A stretch of DNA of 64,000 bases from Octopus sinensis (Eukaryota), in contig NC_042997.1 in the NCBI RefSeq assembly GCF_006345805.1, positions 35,216,001 through 35,280,000 on the forward strand. Reading direction: 5' to 3'. A program made the translations under genes and the position numbers. The notes beneath the pieces were generated by a model. It saw only the letters and a list, made by a program, of their open reading frames with translations. It searched no databases and was not told the DNA's origin. Positions 10,602 through 25,706 of this stretch are shown in pieces. How positions within the stretch are numbered: the first letter of the stretch is position 1; each line of letters begins with the position of its first letter.

Positions 10602-12317
10602 GTCTGTGTGTGTTTTGTAGCGGGAAAGAGATATATAGAAAATGATGAGAGTAGGGTAGAGGATGCTAAGTATATGATATATGATGATAGACAGATATTC
10701 ATAGAGAACATAAAATGAAGTCAAGGAAGAGGAAAAAGATAGAGTGGTAATGAGGGAAGCATTGTGTAAAGAAAAATGGCAGTTGAAATGCAGAAAAGGT
10801 TTTTCATATAGTGAAATACTATTGTAGAAATGTGACAACAGTGAGTTGATGGGAAACAAACACCACCGCAACATATATATACAGAGAGAGAGAGGGGTAG
10901 AGAGAGCGTGAGAGAGAGGGAGGGAGGGAGAGAAGGAGGGAAAGAGAGAGTGAGTGAGAGAGAGAGTGAGTGGGTGAGTGAATGTCAGTGAAAGACAGAC
11001 AGATTTAGAGAAAGGGAGAGAGCGATTGGCGGCAGTCAAATACGGAATAAAGGAATGGAGAAGTAGAGAACAATTAAATTAAGTAATAAAAGAAAATCTG
11101 TGAACGATACACACATTTAGGTAGACCAGAACTGAGCTATTTGTTTGAAGAATAAAAGGGCTATATTCAGAAAATTAAACAAGCAGGGGGATGAATGTAT
11201 AAAATCTATAAGTTTTAATATATAATGAAACATTGAAAAATAGAGAGAAAGAGAGAGGTGAACGAAAGCAAGATATTCAGTTGAATGCTGGATGTAATGA
11301 GAGAATAAATTTTAGGACAACAGCTACAACAATTGCTCTTACTATAAGCATATTAAGAGAATAGCAAGTATATTGATAAAATAATAGAGGGAGAATACGT
11401 ATGCACAAGATAAGTGTATAAAGTGAATTTAGATATTAATACAGATATAGATAAAATATATACTAGGTATCATAATTGTGCGCTAGAATTGTGTTTCGAG
11501 AAAATAATCGTCCAAAGTATTTGGGAGAAGACATTTGTTGAGAGCAATTGTCCGCGTGCAGTTCAAAGTTGGCGGATCTAATAACTGTATGTTACGCGGA
11601 AACGGTCAATGTGATAGCGGTATTCGATGTTCAATGCTGGTTGAAGAGAAATATACAAAAACTTTAAATTTGAGCAGTGACCTCAGGACAAACATCACTG
11701 CATATGTCCACTAATTATTTAACCAAAACGGGGAAAAGTAGTTGAACAGTTTTCAGATTTGAAATATAGAATAACTATGGCAAATATTCTCACTCACACA
11801 CGATTTTTTCATGTTTTAATCCTACAAAACAAAATGATTTCTTTATTGAAGAGACTGTGGTGGAAATAAAACCAAGACAAAATACTGGAAAGGGAAATAT
11901 AAGCATTTATAAAAGTTATAAAAGTTTTATGAGTATAAAAGCATAACCAAACCGGCAGAATCATCTACTTAATGCACTGAAAATTATTACGACTACCATT
12001 ACATTCTGCGAATGAAATATTGAATCTATTACTGGAATGTTTGAAATTGCAACGTAGAGGGATGTTTCGTTTGCATACTACAAAATGTTTCGAAGTAAGT
12101 TGTTTTTTCTTTTTTCAAATATAGTAGGTAATAGTGAAAAATAGATAATAATTCAAGGATTCCATCATAATTCGATTGATGACACATCCATGAAAAAATA
12201 CATACAAATACACAGAGGCGAATATACTGATTCTTTTATTTTACACAAACACACACACACACACACACACACAACACACACACACACACACACACGTGCA
12301 CACATATATATCCATCA

Positions 12318-12440
12318 AGGCGGGTGACGTAGTAGTTTGGGTTGCTGTTGAACTCACAATCGCTAAATCGCGATTTCAATTACTAGACCGGGCAGTGCGA
12401 TGTGTTCTTGAGCAAAACATTTTATCTCACGTTTCTCCAA
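12318..12440 (+). mobile_element. Diverged SINE head with CORE-like segment
   Basis: ACCGGGCAGTGCGATGTGTTCTTGAGCAAAACA matches 15922-15953. Confidence 0.55.
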
Positions 12441-12533
12441 TACATGACGCGCGGTACACCGTGGACTGATCAGACAACGTTGAATTTATGGAGAGAAGGA
12501 CCTAACGTTCAGCACGTTATATATATATATATA

Positions 12534-12829
12534 CCTTTGATACACATTTTCTGGAACGTTCACTATAGACAAATCATCTGTGCAGGTCGTTCGTCCAAAG
12601 CCGAACACCCATACATTGACATCGACCGGAGATTCTGTAATATATGATATTACAATATCATATATACACATCCATTCTCTCTCTTTCACACACACTGACA
12701 CACAGAATACAAGCATACACTTATATACACTTATGGAAGTGGAGTTCTGTATAAATCGTAGTTTGTAAAATTGCAATATCTGTCATCTTTTTTAGATTAC
12801 ATGTGCTTCCAGAAAATGTGTATCAAAGG
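12534..12829. mobile_element. MITE-like element with perfect 23-bp terminal inverted repeats, embedded in (TA)n
   Basis: CCTTTGATACACATTTTCTGGAA at 12534-12556 and its exact reverse complement at 12807-12829, with TA tracts on both sides. Confidence 0.7.
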
Positions 12830-12890
<61 letters not shown>

Positions 12891-15301
12891 TATATCTCTT
12901 TCGTTCTATCTTTTTTTCTGTCTCTCACTATATATGTATAGATACACACGCACATATATATATACATATACATGTTGTTTTTGTGTAAGTATGTATATAC
13001 ATAATGTATGCTTGGTTATAGAAGCGAGAAAAAGAGAAGATATTAATTTAAGAAGAGCATGTAATCTACTACCATTATCCCTCAACGTTCAATCACATTT
13101 GTTAAACGAGGAATGATTACATAGCGTATAATACTCGCCTTTCGCAAACTGTATAATCATCTACCCTATTTTTAACTACCACTTTGACAAGTGGCTTTGT
13201 ATGAGCCTCCAGTCCCATGAGCAGCTCCTAAAGAATTTACTGATAAACATGTGAGTATGAACAAGTTATTTTTTACTTTTGCGTGTGTGTGTGTATGTAT
13301 ATATCCATACATATGTACATCTATCTATGTATATAATACATATGTTGGCGTGTATGTGCCTCCCTCAGTGTGTGTGTGTGTGAGTGTGTGAAGTGGGGAA
13401 ACGTCATATCCTTTTCCGTTACTAGACGCATTAAAATGAAAGAAACTCCAACATCTCAGGTCATCGGGACCTTCCTATTACACCCACTGCTCTCGTACTG
13501 CTCGTACGCTGAAAACGTTTGGTTCTGTTATTAACATTAGGTCATTGCTAACGGAGGTTCCAGCTGTCAGTAGTATATTGATAAGTCAAAAATTCTGCAC
13601 TCAGGACAATAACATCTAATATTGCCTTCCTGTTTTAAGACATGATTGAGAATCATTATCAAAACATAAATACAATTCTACTGATAAATATGTATAATTC
13701 ACTCACATTTTAAGGGAAGAGTATTACGAATGATAGGTACGATTTAATCTCGTTCATTGCCGTCGAATGATACTGAAATTGAGTACAGATATGTGTAGTC
13801 GATAGTTTAAACTATTCTAAAACTCTTTAGATTGTGTACTAAAGACTGAAAGTAATTATTTGAAATCTTCCATCTCAATTCTATTGCATAAAATAATTTG
13901 TGTCAGATTATATTCTAATGGCATTTGGTAACAATCTGATGGGAATATTCAAAGACGACGAAAGAAATGCAAGTCAACTGAAGAAATTAACTTAGTGACG
14001 TGTGTGAATCATTAATTATTATAGTCTGCATATTTCCGGTGTCGATATAATGAGTACTTTTCAGGAACTAAGGTGGAGTTAATCGATTGTGCGGTAGGAA
14101 TATTGGTGGCATCATGCCAATGTTAGATATCAGGTTTTACGCATCTCATTTAATAAAGCTATTACGCTAATAAATCGAAAAGAATTGAGAAATATACTTA
14201 TTGTTGATATAGAATTGCTGACTGCGCAGTGATCAACAGATCATATGGAGTAATAAACCACCACATACACGTCTTGTCATTTGTTATATTATCGTTGATA
14301 CACACACACACACACAAAAAAAAAATACGTAACTGTTTAGACATATATAGACAAATACATTCATATAGATAAATAGATAGACAAACAGATAGATAGATGA
14401 CTAATGATATATTGGAAGCATCTCTTAGTTTCGCGGGTGATAGACGTTCGCCCAGATCGACTCGGTTTATTCTTGTTCGATATGCAGTGTCACTGTAACT
14501 TTAGAGTCCCACACTCGAGTGATAGCCGCAGTTGTAGTGATTGCAGTGTAGCTACGGCAATGATTGTAGTATGCAGCCCCATTATTAGTGCTGTTCTTCA
14601 GCTGATTGTTAACATCCATAGGGGACATTAACAAGCATACATATACCTATACCTATACCATATACTTATATGTATAGCCATACATATACCTAGAAGCATG
14701 CCGCCCCTTTATCCTGTGTAGGTGGAGACTTAGATGAGAAAACTATCTTTACCCTTTAAAATTCACGACAAATATTTCAACGTAAAAAATCTATACATTT
14801 CGTCAACAAAAATATTGGTAAATTAGGATAATTACTATTTTATATAGCTAAAATATATGTGCAACCCAAACTTACATTCTGTAGAACTAAAGCAACACGG
14901 AGATTTAAAAAAAAACATCAACGTAATATAATTTAAATTCCATGTATCCTTGTGTAATTATGTGGTCCATTAAATTCGATATAACGACGCATTATTCATG
15001 TACATCAGTAAAATGGAAGTAAATAGATAAACCACCAAATATAAATCTCTGAGTCTGTACTATCAACTTACCCTAAGCATAACTGCTCCTTTGGCAAGGA
15101 ACTTTGCGTATGCATATAAAACGACAGCAGTGAATATATTAGAAAATAAGTATAAAGCAAACAAATAATATCTACTTCCTAGCAAACTATCGATAACGTT
15201 ATAACTTAGTATCAGATACGTTTTACTCATTTACCTGCCAGAAGCAAGGTGTGTGCATACATAACTCAAATATTCATGACGTATGCTATATCAAAAATAT
15301 A

Positions 15302-15525
15302 GGCGAGCTGGTAGAATCGTTAGTACGCCGGGCAAAATGTTTAGCGGTATTTCGTCTGCCGTTACGTTCTGAGTTCAAATTCCGCCGACGTCGACTTTGC
15401 CTTTCATCCTTTCGGGATCGATTAAATAAGTACCAGATACGCATTGGGAACAATGCAATCGACTTAATCTCTTTGTTTGTCCCTTCTGCGTTTAGCCCCC
15501 ACCACCCCCGTGGACAATAAAGAAA
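15302..15525 (+). mobile_element. SINE family B
   Basis: Colinear with 5645-5875. Confidence 0.85.
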
Positions 15526-15854
15526 TATATATAAAAATATATTTGTTAAACTAATTTAAAAGAATCGTTCTCGAAAAATGTTAACATATTCGTAACGATG
15601 CCTCAAATGTGGGATGCGAAACAATTTTGTCGTTTTCTGTATTAAAGCGTTTAAATACATACGTCTCTTCGACTACATTTCTCATGTCTAGCTGAAATGC
15701 GTTTAAACTGCCTTCTTTATAATATTCCATTAATTCGTGAGAAGCTATTGGTGTGGAACTATGATTCAGAATATACGTATATACAATTTTTTATATTAAT
15801 TAAATTTAGGAAATAGCTAAATTAAGAATACTAACAAATAACATCATGGCTTGG

Positions 15855-16100
15855 GGAAGCGCGTGGCTTAGTGGTCAGGGTGTCAGCATCATGATCGTAA
15901 GATTGTGGTTTCGATTCCTGGTCCGGGCGACGCATTGTGTTCTTGAGCAAAACAGTTCATTTTCCATTGCTCCAGTCCAGCTGGCAAAAATGAGTAATGC
16001 TGCGATGGACTGGTGTCCCGTCCAGCTGGGGAACACATACGCCATAGAAACCGGGAAACCGGGCCCATGAGCCTGGCTAGGCTTTAAAAAGTGCGCATTT
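15855..16100 (+). mobile_element. tRNA-derived SINE, family D head with tail type 3
   Basis: A-box TGGCTTAGTGG, B-box GTTTCGATTCC and CORE-like TGTGTTCTTGAGCAAAACA. The tail GCTGCGATGGACTGG..CCCGTCCAGCTGG...GGGAAACCGGGCCCATGA is shared with 40150-40260. Confidence 0.85.
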
Positions 16101-18390
16101 ATTTATTTTAATGTCATGGCTTTGCCAGAACCTGAATTCATATATGTCATTCTTTATTGATAGTGCGTATGCTGGTGGTTATTATATTCCTTTTATGACA
16201 ATGAGCTTATGACTTTAATTTTTGAAGTAGACTATGATGTGTACCCTTAAACAAGGCTCTCAGTGTCACGACGCTTTGCATTACTGAGCTGCATATGAGT
16301 ACTAGGTGACAGCTAGTGCATCTCTGGATATGTGGCAGAGGTGAGACCCAGGTGACTGAGATAAATTCCACATACATACACATATTCATGTATGTATGTA
16401 TATGCATATCTTTTCGGAAATATTGCCCTACAAGAGAAATTACATTGAAATAAAAAGATTACTAAATTTCGTTTACGCTTTTAAATCCATTTCTTCTGCC
16501 GTAAATATTGGAACCAGCTATCTATTTTTAACAATAAAAAATGGAGAATCAAAATTTGTCATCGAAAAGACGAAATAATATGCAAAATAAAAAATACCGA
16601 ACTTAATCATAGTGAAAATTTTCTCATGAAAATATTTAGTATAGAGCTGAACGACAAGATGTATGCCAAGAACATTATTTGAAAGATAAATGATGAAGTA
16701 AAAAGAATTTTGTACTCGATCCAACTTATTATTACGATTTTAATGAATTCTTGTCTAACTATTATTTATTAAGAATATTCTAAATGGTATATAATTATCG
16801 CTTAATATTGACCAAAATATACAAATGAATGCAGATCTACTTAAAGGTATCATTATTGTTTTTGTAGTCAATAATTATTCACAACTCTCCTCTTCGAACA
16901 TGTTTTCAACTCACATAAGTGAAGTTTTAGATGCCAACACACACAGAGATAAACAGACAAACATACACAGAGATAAACAGACAAACATACACACAAACAC
17001 ACAAATATATGTGTGTATATGACTGCAATAGATTTAAATATCAGAGTACCTAACTGGGATCTAAGAGTAAACAGTGTTCTACGTGACACGTTCAACCAAT
17101 ATCCGAAGTTTCAAGCTGTTTAGTTTAAAAAAAATGAATTAAAAAATCTGTGACTAAGATTGAATAGACCCCCTAACTGTTATCAGGGAAGAATTGATAA
17201 AACGGAAACATGTTCTGTACTAGATTGGAGAAACCGGCTACATCAAATGCAAACCATGACAAATTCTTCATGAAATTCATAACCTGAAAATGCAGTCTCC
17301 GACATATGTCGTTGGGTGAAAGAAGAAAGAAGTGGTTGTGTTCATTATGGTCTCGATATGTCAGGGAGTAAGTTAAATGCAAGTTGACCAGTCCAACATT
17401 TCGAAATGAACTGGAAAGACGCAATTCATTTAAGTTTGAACAGAGTAGTCAAACGCCTATATTGATTCACTCAAATATTGTTTATCATTGAGTTTTGTTG
17501 CACTTCTCGTCTGCATAGAGAGACTCTGCCTTAACGAAAGAAAATTTTCTACAGAGAAGGAGCCCTTCGAGGCCTCAATAATGTACAACAGTATAAAGTT
17601 TATAAACTTTCGCTTTTTATTTAGGAGAATGTGATGACAGTCTTTTAATTTTATGGAGATTGTGTTATTAGCTGCTATGAAGAGGAGCGCTTAGTTATAT
17701 TTTAATTCCATTTTAAGGTAACAGTTCAAGTTGAGCATATATATTAGAAAAGTATCATACATCCTCTGTGATAGTTTAAACTCAAAGGAGCAAATGATTA
17801 TCACAAACAGTTAACTAATGTAAAGATGGGTTCAGTGTTGAAGCTTATCATTTAGCACAAAAGTGAAAAGAGATAGAAGAAACCTAAAATGTAGTTAATC
17901 AGACCAGCACTTTATAATATTTATCTGCCTCATCATGGCCAGCGGCTCAATATGACATGCAGTAGCTTCTCCTGTTGATATCAACACAGTGTCTCCACCA
18001 TTGAATCTTCCATCACTGCAACGGGTACTCATAAGTATAGCTCAAGCTGTGATATTTAGAAATATAGAGACCATAGATTCTTTCAAGAAGAGCAGACAAC
18101 ATTTCGAATAAATCTTACCATACAGACTTAGAAGAAAAGGATATATAGTTTAGAGTATATATCTGCAGCATCCAGAATGAATCTACAGATCATCGATAAG
18201 ATCACATCCAAATATGCAATAATAATGAATGATGGGATATGAAGTGTCATTGTTTACATGCGTGCTTAATTTGGCCTCATTAGGGACTAAACAGCAACAC
18301 CCATATCTCTCATACACCCACCATTACTAACATTGTTAACAGTAACATTATCACAACTGCAACACATTTGACAGCTTCAACACTGTTTGT

Positions 18391-18776
18391 TGGAAACACT
18401 CCGTCGGTTACGGCGACGAGGGTTCCGGTTGATCCGAATCAACGGAACAGCCTGCTCGTGAAATTAACGTATAAGTGGCTGAGCACTCCACAGACACGTG
18501 TACCCTTAATGTATTTCGGGGGGAAATTCAGCGTGACACAGAGAGTGACAAGGCCGGCCCTTTGAAATACAGGTACCACAGAAACAGGAAGTAAGAGTGA
18601 GAGAAAGTTGTGGTGAAAGAGTACAGCAGGGATCACCACCATCCTCTGCCGGAGCCTCATGGAGCTTTTAGGTGTTTTCGCTCAATAAACACTAACAACG
18701 CCCGGTCTGGGAATCGAAACCGCGATCCTATGACCGCGAGTCCGCTGCCCTAACCACTGGACTATTGCGCCTCCAC
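18391..18776 (-). mobile_element. SINE family C with tail type 2, full length
   Basis: Same head as 4541. Imperfect target duplication GCTTCAACACT on both flanks. Confidence 0.9.
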
Positions 18777-19093
18777 GCTTCAACACTACCACTGTTTAGA
18801 CACCATATGTGATGCTCCACACCAAAGAGTACAATCAGTAGCAACTATGAAATCTGAATTAGCATCAGTATAAAGGGGAGGTCTGACGTTAAGAGAGGAG
18901 CTCTTAAACACATAACATTTGTATCAGAATAAAATAACTTCAAACGACTGACTTTATATAACCCAGAAGTAGATTTAGATTCTAAATTTTCCTTACAATT
19001 TGAATAAATTAGAACAAACAATAGCATCCATATATACAAAATCTCAGAAGGATGGTAAACATATTTCCTGATGAACCATAGGAATATATAAAA

Positions 19094-19478
19094 TGGAAGC
19101 ACTCCGTCGGTTACGACCACGAGGGTTCCGGTTGATCCAATCAACGGGACAGCCTGCTCGTGAAATTAACGTGTAAGTGGCTGAGCACTCCACAGACACG
19201 TGTACCCTTAACGTAGTTCTTGGGGATGTTCAGCGTGACACTGAGAGTGACAAGGCCAGCCCTTTGAAATACAGGTACAATAGAAACAGGAAGTAAGAGT
19301 GAGAGAAAGTTGTGGTGAAAGAATACAGCAGGGATCACCACCATTCCCTGCCGGAGCCTCATGGAGCTTTTAGGTGTTTTCGCTCAATAAACACTCACAA
19401 CGCCCGGTCTGAAAATCGAAACCACGATCCTATGACCGCGAGTCCGCTGCCCTAACCACTGGGCCATTGCGCCTCCAC
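19094..19478 (-). mobile_element. SINE family C with tail type 2 (duplicated copy)
   Basis: Colinear with 18391-18776. Confidence 0.9.
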
Positions 19479-20549
19479 GCTTCAACACTAGCACTGTTTA
19501 GAGACCATATGTGATGCTCCACATCAAAGAGTACAATCAGTAGCAACTATGAAGTCTGAATTAGCATCAGTATAGAGGGGAGGTCTGACGTTAAGGGGGG
19601 AGCTCTTAAACACATAACATTTGTATCAGAATAAAATGATAACTTGAAACGAGTGACTTTATATAACCCTGAAGTAGATTTAGATTTTAAATGTTCCTTA
19701 CAATTTGAATAAATTAGAACAAACAATAGCATCCATATATACAAAATCTTAGAAGGATGGTAAACATATTTCCTGATGAACCATAGGAATATATAAAATA
19801 CTCATACTGTAATTAGATACAGCATAAAAGTAAAACTCCATCGAACAATTTATGGGTTGTCTTTGAGTAAAGCGGTCACGATTAATTCCTCAAATATTTC
19901 TTGCATCACTGATAACTTCGTTCCTATTTACTACTACTTAGGGGTCGCACATTAGTTTGTCGCTGATGGACGTGTCGCCAATAATATACCTGCGAGTTGT
20001 GAGCGTGGCTATGAAAATATGAACGACATGATAGAAAATGTGAAAAAAGAAAAAAAATGTCACCAGCGATATTTTAGGTTCCTCTACAATAGATGAAAAC
20101 AAAAACAGGGATCTAATAAAATGGAATGAGGTCTGGCTAAATCTAAATAGAACAATGCATTTTGAGGAGTAGACTACTTTATAATCACCAATCAATGATA
20201 AGGAAGCTGTCACAGAAACACCACCAGAATTCATATTACCGATTGTAGTATGAATAGTAAAGGATATGAACGTTGGTATTATTCGGGAGCAACAAATACA
20301 TTATACGCGTTCAGACAATATGAATCCTACGGCAGAGTAATTAGTGTACCATACTACACAAGATCTGAAGCTGCTTTTTATTCATCATCACGGAGAGTCC
20401 AAAAATTTAGCTCTGATCGAACACGCAGACACACACACCTACACGCGCATACACATACACACTGACTCAAACACACACACATATGCATATATGTATCTAT
20501 GTGTGTGTGTGTATGTATGTATGTATGTATGTATGTATGTGTATATGTG

Positions 20550-20645
<96 letters not shown>

Positions 20646-21779
20646 ATGTATGTATACATACAGAATTTCCTTGTATTCATATCTGTAGTTTTAATATGAA
20701 ATAGTGTGTCTGTCATTGGATATTTTTATAGTCAATGTCGATAATACATATCACCAAGAGAACCGTATTTCATTTTGTTTCATCACCATTAAAAATACAG
20801 TGACATCCGTTCATATAAAAATTATTTGGATTTATGAAGAATTTTTCTTTGAAGATGTAATGAATGAATATATATTTTTATAAACCATACGTAATTCCTA
20901 TTTCAATATCAGAAGACTTCTATATGATTTGTACGCTCGAAACGGATTTTAAAATCAACTTCTTTGTTCCACATTTTATGATGAATGAGTGATAAAACAA
21001 ATCTCATTATCCTTCACTTTTCATATTTTCAAAAGATAAGTGGAAGTTTATGAAGTCTAGTATCGTCTGAATTAAGAAAGAGAAATATTACGATACATGA
21101 AAGTTTTAAGCTTATATTCTATTACTGTATTACAAAAACTACTTCTAAGAACCTCCATTTAAATTATCGATAAATGTAGCTAAAAACTGAAATTGAGAGA
21201 ACCGGAAAATGACTGGTATCGAACTCAGGTATACTGAATGAAGAATTATCATTTTGTATTCTTGAAGAGCACGCCATATGCTGTAGACAAATAACTGAAT
21301 CAGTACTGCAGATCTTGCCAAACACCATAACAATTTATAATATAATTACTTCCAGTTAGAACATCAATGGGTTATCTCATAGGTGGAGCTGACTTTCACC
21401 AGCAGACCACACCACTGGGGGACTTGGACAAAGTAAAACAATGAAGCAAGCAAAAGGAAGCCTAGGATATAAAAAAGGCATACGTAAGTAGGGACTATGC
21501 TCTTGCTATAATAAACACGGGGAGAATCGACGAGCAAGACACACGCGCATACACACAACAAAAACAACTGACTGATATTGAACCTAGAGCCCCCCCCCAA
21601 AAAAAACCCCCAAGATCTTTATATGAAAATTTTCAGGCAACGGTTAGGTGCAATTTGTAACACGGCTCCTCGTCAAACAGAGACTATGAGTGACAAACAA
21701 TTAAGTTGTCAAATGTGGCAAAACACGAACATGCAAGAACGGTAAGGAAAACACAGAAACAAAACAACTACAAGATCAG

Positions 21780-22440
21780 TAAGTAAGGTATGTGGAAAAT
21801 GTGGGAAGTAAAACAAAGATGGCTACTTGAAATACGGGAGTATATTGAAGACATTGTTTGCAGAAGCGAAACAAAGCAGGCATTTCGACTAGAAAAGATA
21901 AATTCACTTCAGAAGATAAACTAAGAGCAAACATAACGTAAGACATAAAGCGAAAAATCTTACGGTGGAGAAAAACTAGGAAGTTTCAGAGATTTCCCTT
22001 TAGAAAAGCACTGCAGCCCGAACAGAAAGTACGCAAACGGACTGGACATATAGGCATCCAGTGGTGAGGACGAAGTTATAGATCGTGCGAGAAGTTATAG
22101 AAATATAACTGAAATATGTATCGGAGTTAACATTTTCATTTGAACGACTGAGCACAAAGAAAAAGCCATATTAGAAATTCTGATGAACTCCTGCATCACG
22201 AACTGGCGGGTAAATAAATGTCCAATAAACTACATTCAGTATTTTTGAAGTCTCTAAGTAGAACAAGCCTTCTCATAAAAAAGCAAAATAAAGTCAATAT
22301 TTTACTGTCTTAGACTTCACAAACACGATTGTTGGAGTATAATAAGGTGTTTTATGGCCCATTATGAAAAATTTCAACAAGGAATTGGAGGTAGCTAACG
22401 CAATCAAAATAATTTATTCCACGATTACTAGTACAGTTCT
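21780..22440 (+). mobile_element. Possible very old LINE reverse-transcriptase remnant
   Basis: A-rich, coding-like composition with faint traces of KA.GP.E-like and DF.K-like motifs; no open frame. Confidence 0.25.
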
Positions 22441-22444
22441 CAAT

Positions 22445-22570
22445 GCTTAACTGGTATTTATTTCATCCACCTCGTTAAGGTAAGAGACGAAGTCTACCTC
22501 GGCGACATTTGAATTCATTACATAAAGACGCACGAAATGCCGATATGCACTTTTGTCCGGCACGGTAACT
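22445..22570 (-). mobile_element. Diverged SINE family B
   Basis: CTGGTATTTATTTCATCCACCTCG...AAGTCTACCTCGGCGACATTTGAATTCA. Similarly decayed copies at about 32690-32830 and 45430-45570. Confidence 0.6.
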
Positions 22571-22749
22571 ATACTTTTAAGTTGCTGAATTAATGACATC
22601 TAAAATAATGAGAACGACACTGGTACTGTAAACCTGATAAGTTTTCCCAGTAACTTAGGTACGTCGTGATTAGATCATATTACGAACAAACAATAATCCC
22701 CAAAACAATCTTAACAAGGATGAAGGAAATAAAAATAAGGTGGTATATC

Positions 22750-23168
22750 CTCTTTTAATCTTTTACTCTTTTACTTGTTTCAGTCATTTGACTGCGGCCA
22801 TGCTGGAGCACCGCCTTTAATCGAGCAACTCGACCCCGGGACCTATGCTTTTGTAAGCCCAGTACTTATTCTAACGGCCTCTTTTGCCGAACCGCTATGT
22901 AACGGGGACATAAACACACCAGCATCGGTTGTCAAGCAATGCTAGGGAGACAAACACAGACACACAAACACACACACGCATATATATATATATATATATA
23001 TATACGACAGGCTTCTTTCGGTTTTCGTCTACCAAATCCACTCACAAGGCTTTGGTCGGCCCGAGGCTATAGTAGAAGACACTTGCCCAAGGTGCCACGC
23101 AGTGGGACTGAACTCGGAACCATGCGGTTGGTAAATAAGCTACTTACCACGCAGCCTCTCCTACGCCT
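22750..23168 (-). mobile_element. SINE family A, full length
   Basis: Reverse complement of 3251-3670. Confidence 0.9.
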
Positions 23169-24327
23169 ATGTAACAAAATGAAATAAACTTTCAAAAATA
23201 GGAAGGCGTAATAGTACGAAAAGACGGACATGAATAACAAGGGGCGGACAGACAAATCCTTTGTGGAGACTAGGACTGGCATGAAATCGTGAAAGTTAAA
23301 TATGTATGGTGCAGAGAATATCACGATGTTACCCCTACAACATCATCGAAGTTTGAGAGAAGTAGTCAGAACATGAATTATAGATTAAGAAGAATTACAA
23401 AAACACTAGAGATTGCAACTCGGTTATGCACAAAAGTATTTGTAAAAATTAAATATCAGCCCCAGTTGAAATATGGCACTGATTTAAGTTACATTTGTAC
23501 TAATATTATTCTGTGACAAGTCTCGATCATACAAATCGAAATACCGCGGCTTCCAAGGAGTAGTTCACAACAGTTAAATTCTTTGAAATTTCTTTTTCAT
23601 TCAACTTTTTCATCTTTTTTTATTCAATTTGCTTTTGGAATAGTTGACGTAAATTTCTATTAGTCCATACCTAAAATTTTATTGCACTTTCTACTATTCA
23701 GTAACTCCATATTTTCTCTATGGTGCAATGCAAATTAGCACACATTACAGTTATCTTTTAAATGCAATAGAAAGAGAGAAATTATAGAGCTTGTATTCTT
23801 TATCTTTGAACATCTGCATTTTGACTTCAACTATCTTCAACTAACTTCAACGCCGCTATCATTTTTCTCCGAGCATCCCTCTTTTATTGATAAATTAAAT
23901 AACGGGTTGAATTCCAAGAAGTATTCTTCATCCTTAAAAATGTAGGATATTAAATCATGTCAGAAATCAATATTGATTCTGTTTAGTGTAGCAGAATGGT
24001 CATGTATATGCTAAAGGAAGGAAAACGTGAATTTAAATCACGCCCTAATTTTCAATGGTTAACACTACATATTATCTAAAGTTGCATGTGAATTACAAAG
24101 CCGACTATGATAAAAACTTAACTAAACATTTGGAAAATCCGAACAAAATGGCAGTGAAATCATCTTTGTTAATTCTGAGAAAGTACTGTTGTAAACATGC
24201 ACATGATATTCATAATTATCGTATGATGGTTCTATTGAATTAATTATTCGATGACAACATAAATATCCTGCTAGTATAAGAAAAGTTATATCAAAGAAAA
24301 TGTTGGGATTTATCTAACGGCCATTTG

Positions 24328-24421
<94 letters not shown>

Positions 24422-25154
24422 ATATATATGTGCGTGTGTGTGTGTTATTTATTCAGATGCATACATCCTGTTGTTTGCATCTTCATATTGAATAAATGTT
24501 TGCAATGTTGCATCAAAACAATGTAATTAGAGAGCCTTGTGCTATAAAAAATCAAAGGAACTGATAATACTCATTGCTTTCAACAGGCACGCGATTAATA
24601 CAGTAGTATTTTAATCAGAGTATTTCTGATGAAAACTATCCAAAAATACATCTTTTCATATGGATGTAATTAAGACAGAAAACATACAAATATACAGACA
24701 TAAATGAATTAGAGTTTAATATGCGTTATTTTAAATGCATTCCACCGAGCTAAAATATGGCGTCTTGAAGTAAATTTGACAAAGAGTGGGAAACGTGATA
24801 CAGAAATGTACAGAAATATCTAGAAAAGATGTAGCTTCATTTATAAAGTATAGAATTTTGTATTTTCAAACAAATGATTCTAAAATGTTTAAACGAAAAG
24901 ATTACTTTCACAACCTACATACGAAATTGTTTTCTCTTATTACATATTGGGTGTCGCAGCTGGTTCTGCTGATAGGATATTGGCCGGCTGACAAAAGTTA
25001 TATTAAAAATTTCACAATATTCTTATCTTTGTGTAACACGGCATCACTACCTAGCTATAAATTTAAAGAATACTTACGTTAAGAAAGTCTTATAAACGAT
25101 TATATTTAACTTATTTACTTTGTATAAATATTGATATTGATGTAGACAATGTAC

Positions 25155-25201
<47 letters not shown>

Positions 25202-25706
25202 AATAAGAAATTAGATTGGAAGAGAATTGCAAATCGTCATGAACTACATTAGCTAACAACTGTTTCTGCTATAAGATGCAATGCAACCATAATTGAATGC
25301 ATGCGTATCACCCTATAACTGCACAGGAACTACAGTCATGAAGTGCTCTGTACTCGGCTGACTTTCTACCACCACGTTATCATTATGGTTATGCCAAAGC
25401 GAAATAGTACATACACACACAAACACGCCCACGCCCACACATATATTCTCCTTTAACAAGAGTAGTATTCACAGTGACATCAAAGTTTTAGCCAGCTAAG
25501 AGGATTGCTTAGTTAGCTGAAACTTCACTGCCGTTGTCAGAAGTATTCTTGTTAAAGAATACTAAATTTGATCTCAAGAAAAAGTACTGAGTAATCGTTT
25601 ATTTTAATGTAACTATTTCTATTATAATTTAACATTACAGCAAACAAAACAACACACACATACACACAGACACACACAGACATACATTTATATATACAGA
25701 GAGAGA

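Larger units (their letters stand above)
18391..19798. repeat. Tandem duplication of a ~703-bp unit (SINE plus ~320 bp of flank)
   Basis: 18391-19093 and 19094-19798 are colinear with scattered substitutions and small indels. Confidence 0.9.

Noticed and set aside
10563-11039. 158-aa ORF on the minus strand
   Set aside because: It derives from a purine-rich low-complexity/(GA)n tract and has no domain signature.
14400-14620. GC-richer block with a 75-aa ORF
   Set aside because: Probably a repeat fragment, but it is single-copy in this window and has no diagnostic motif.
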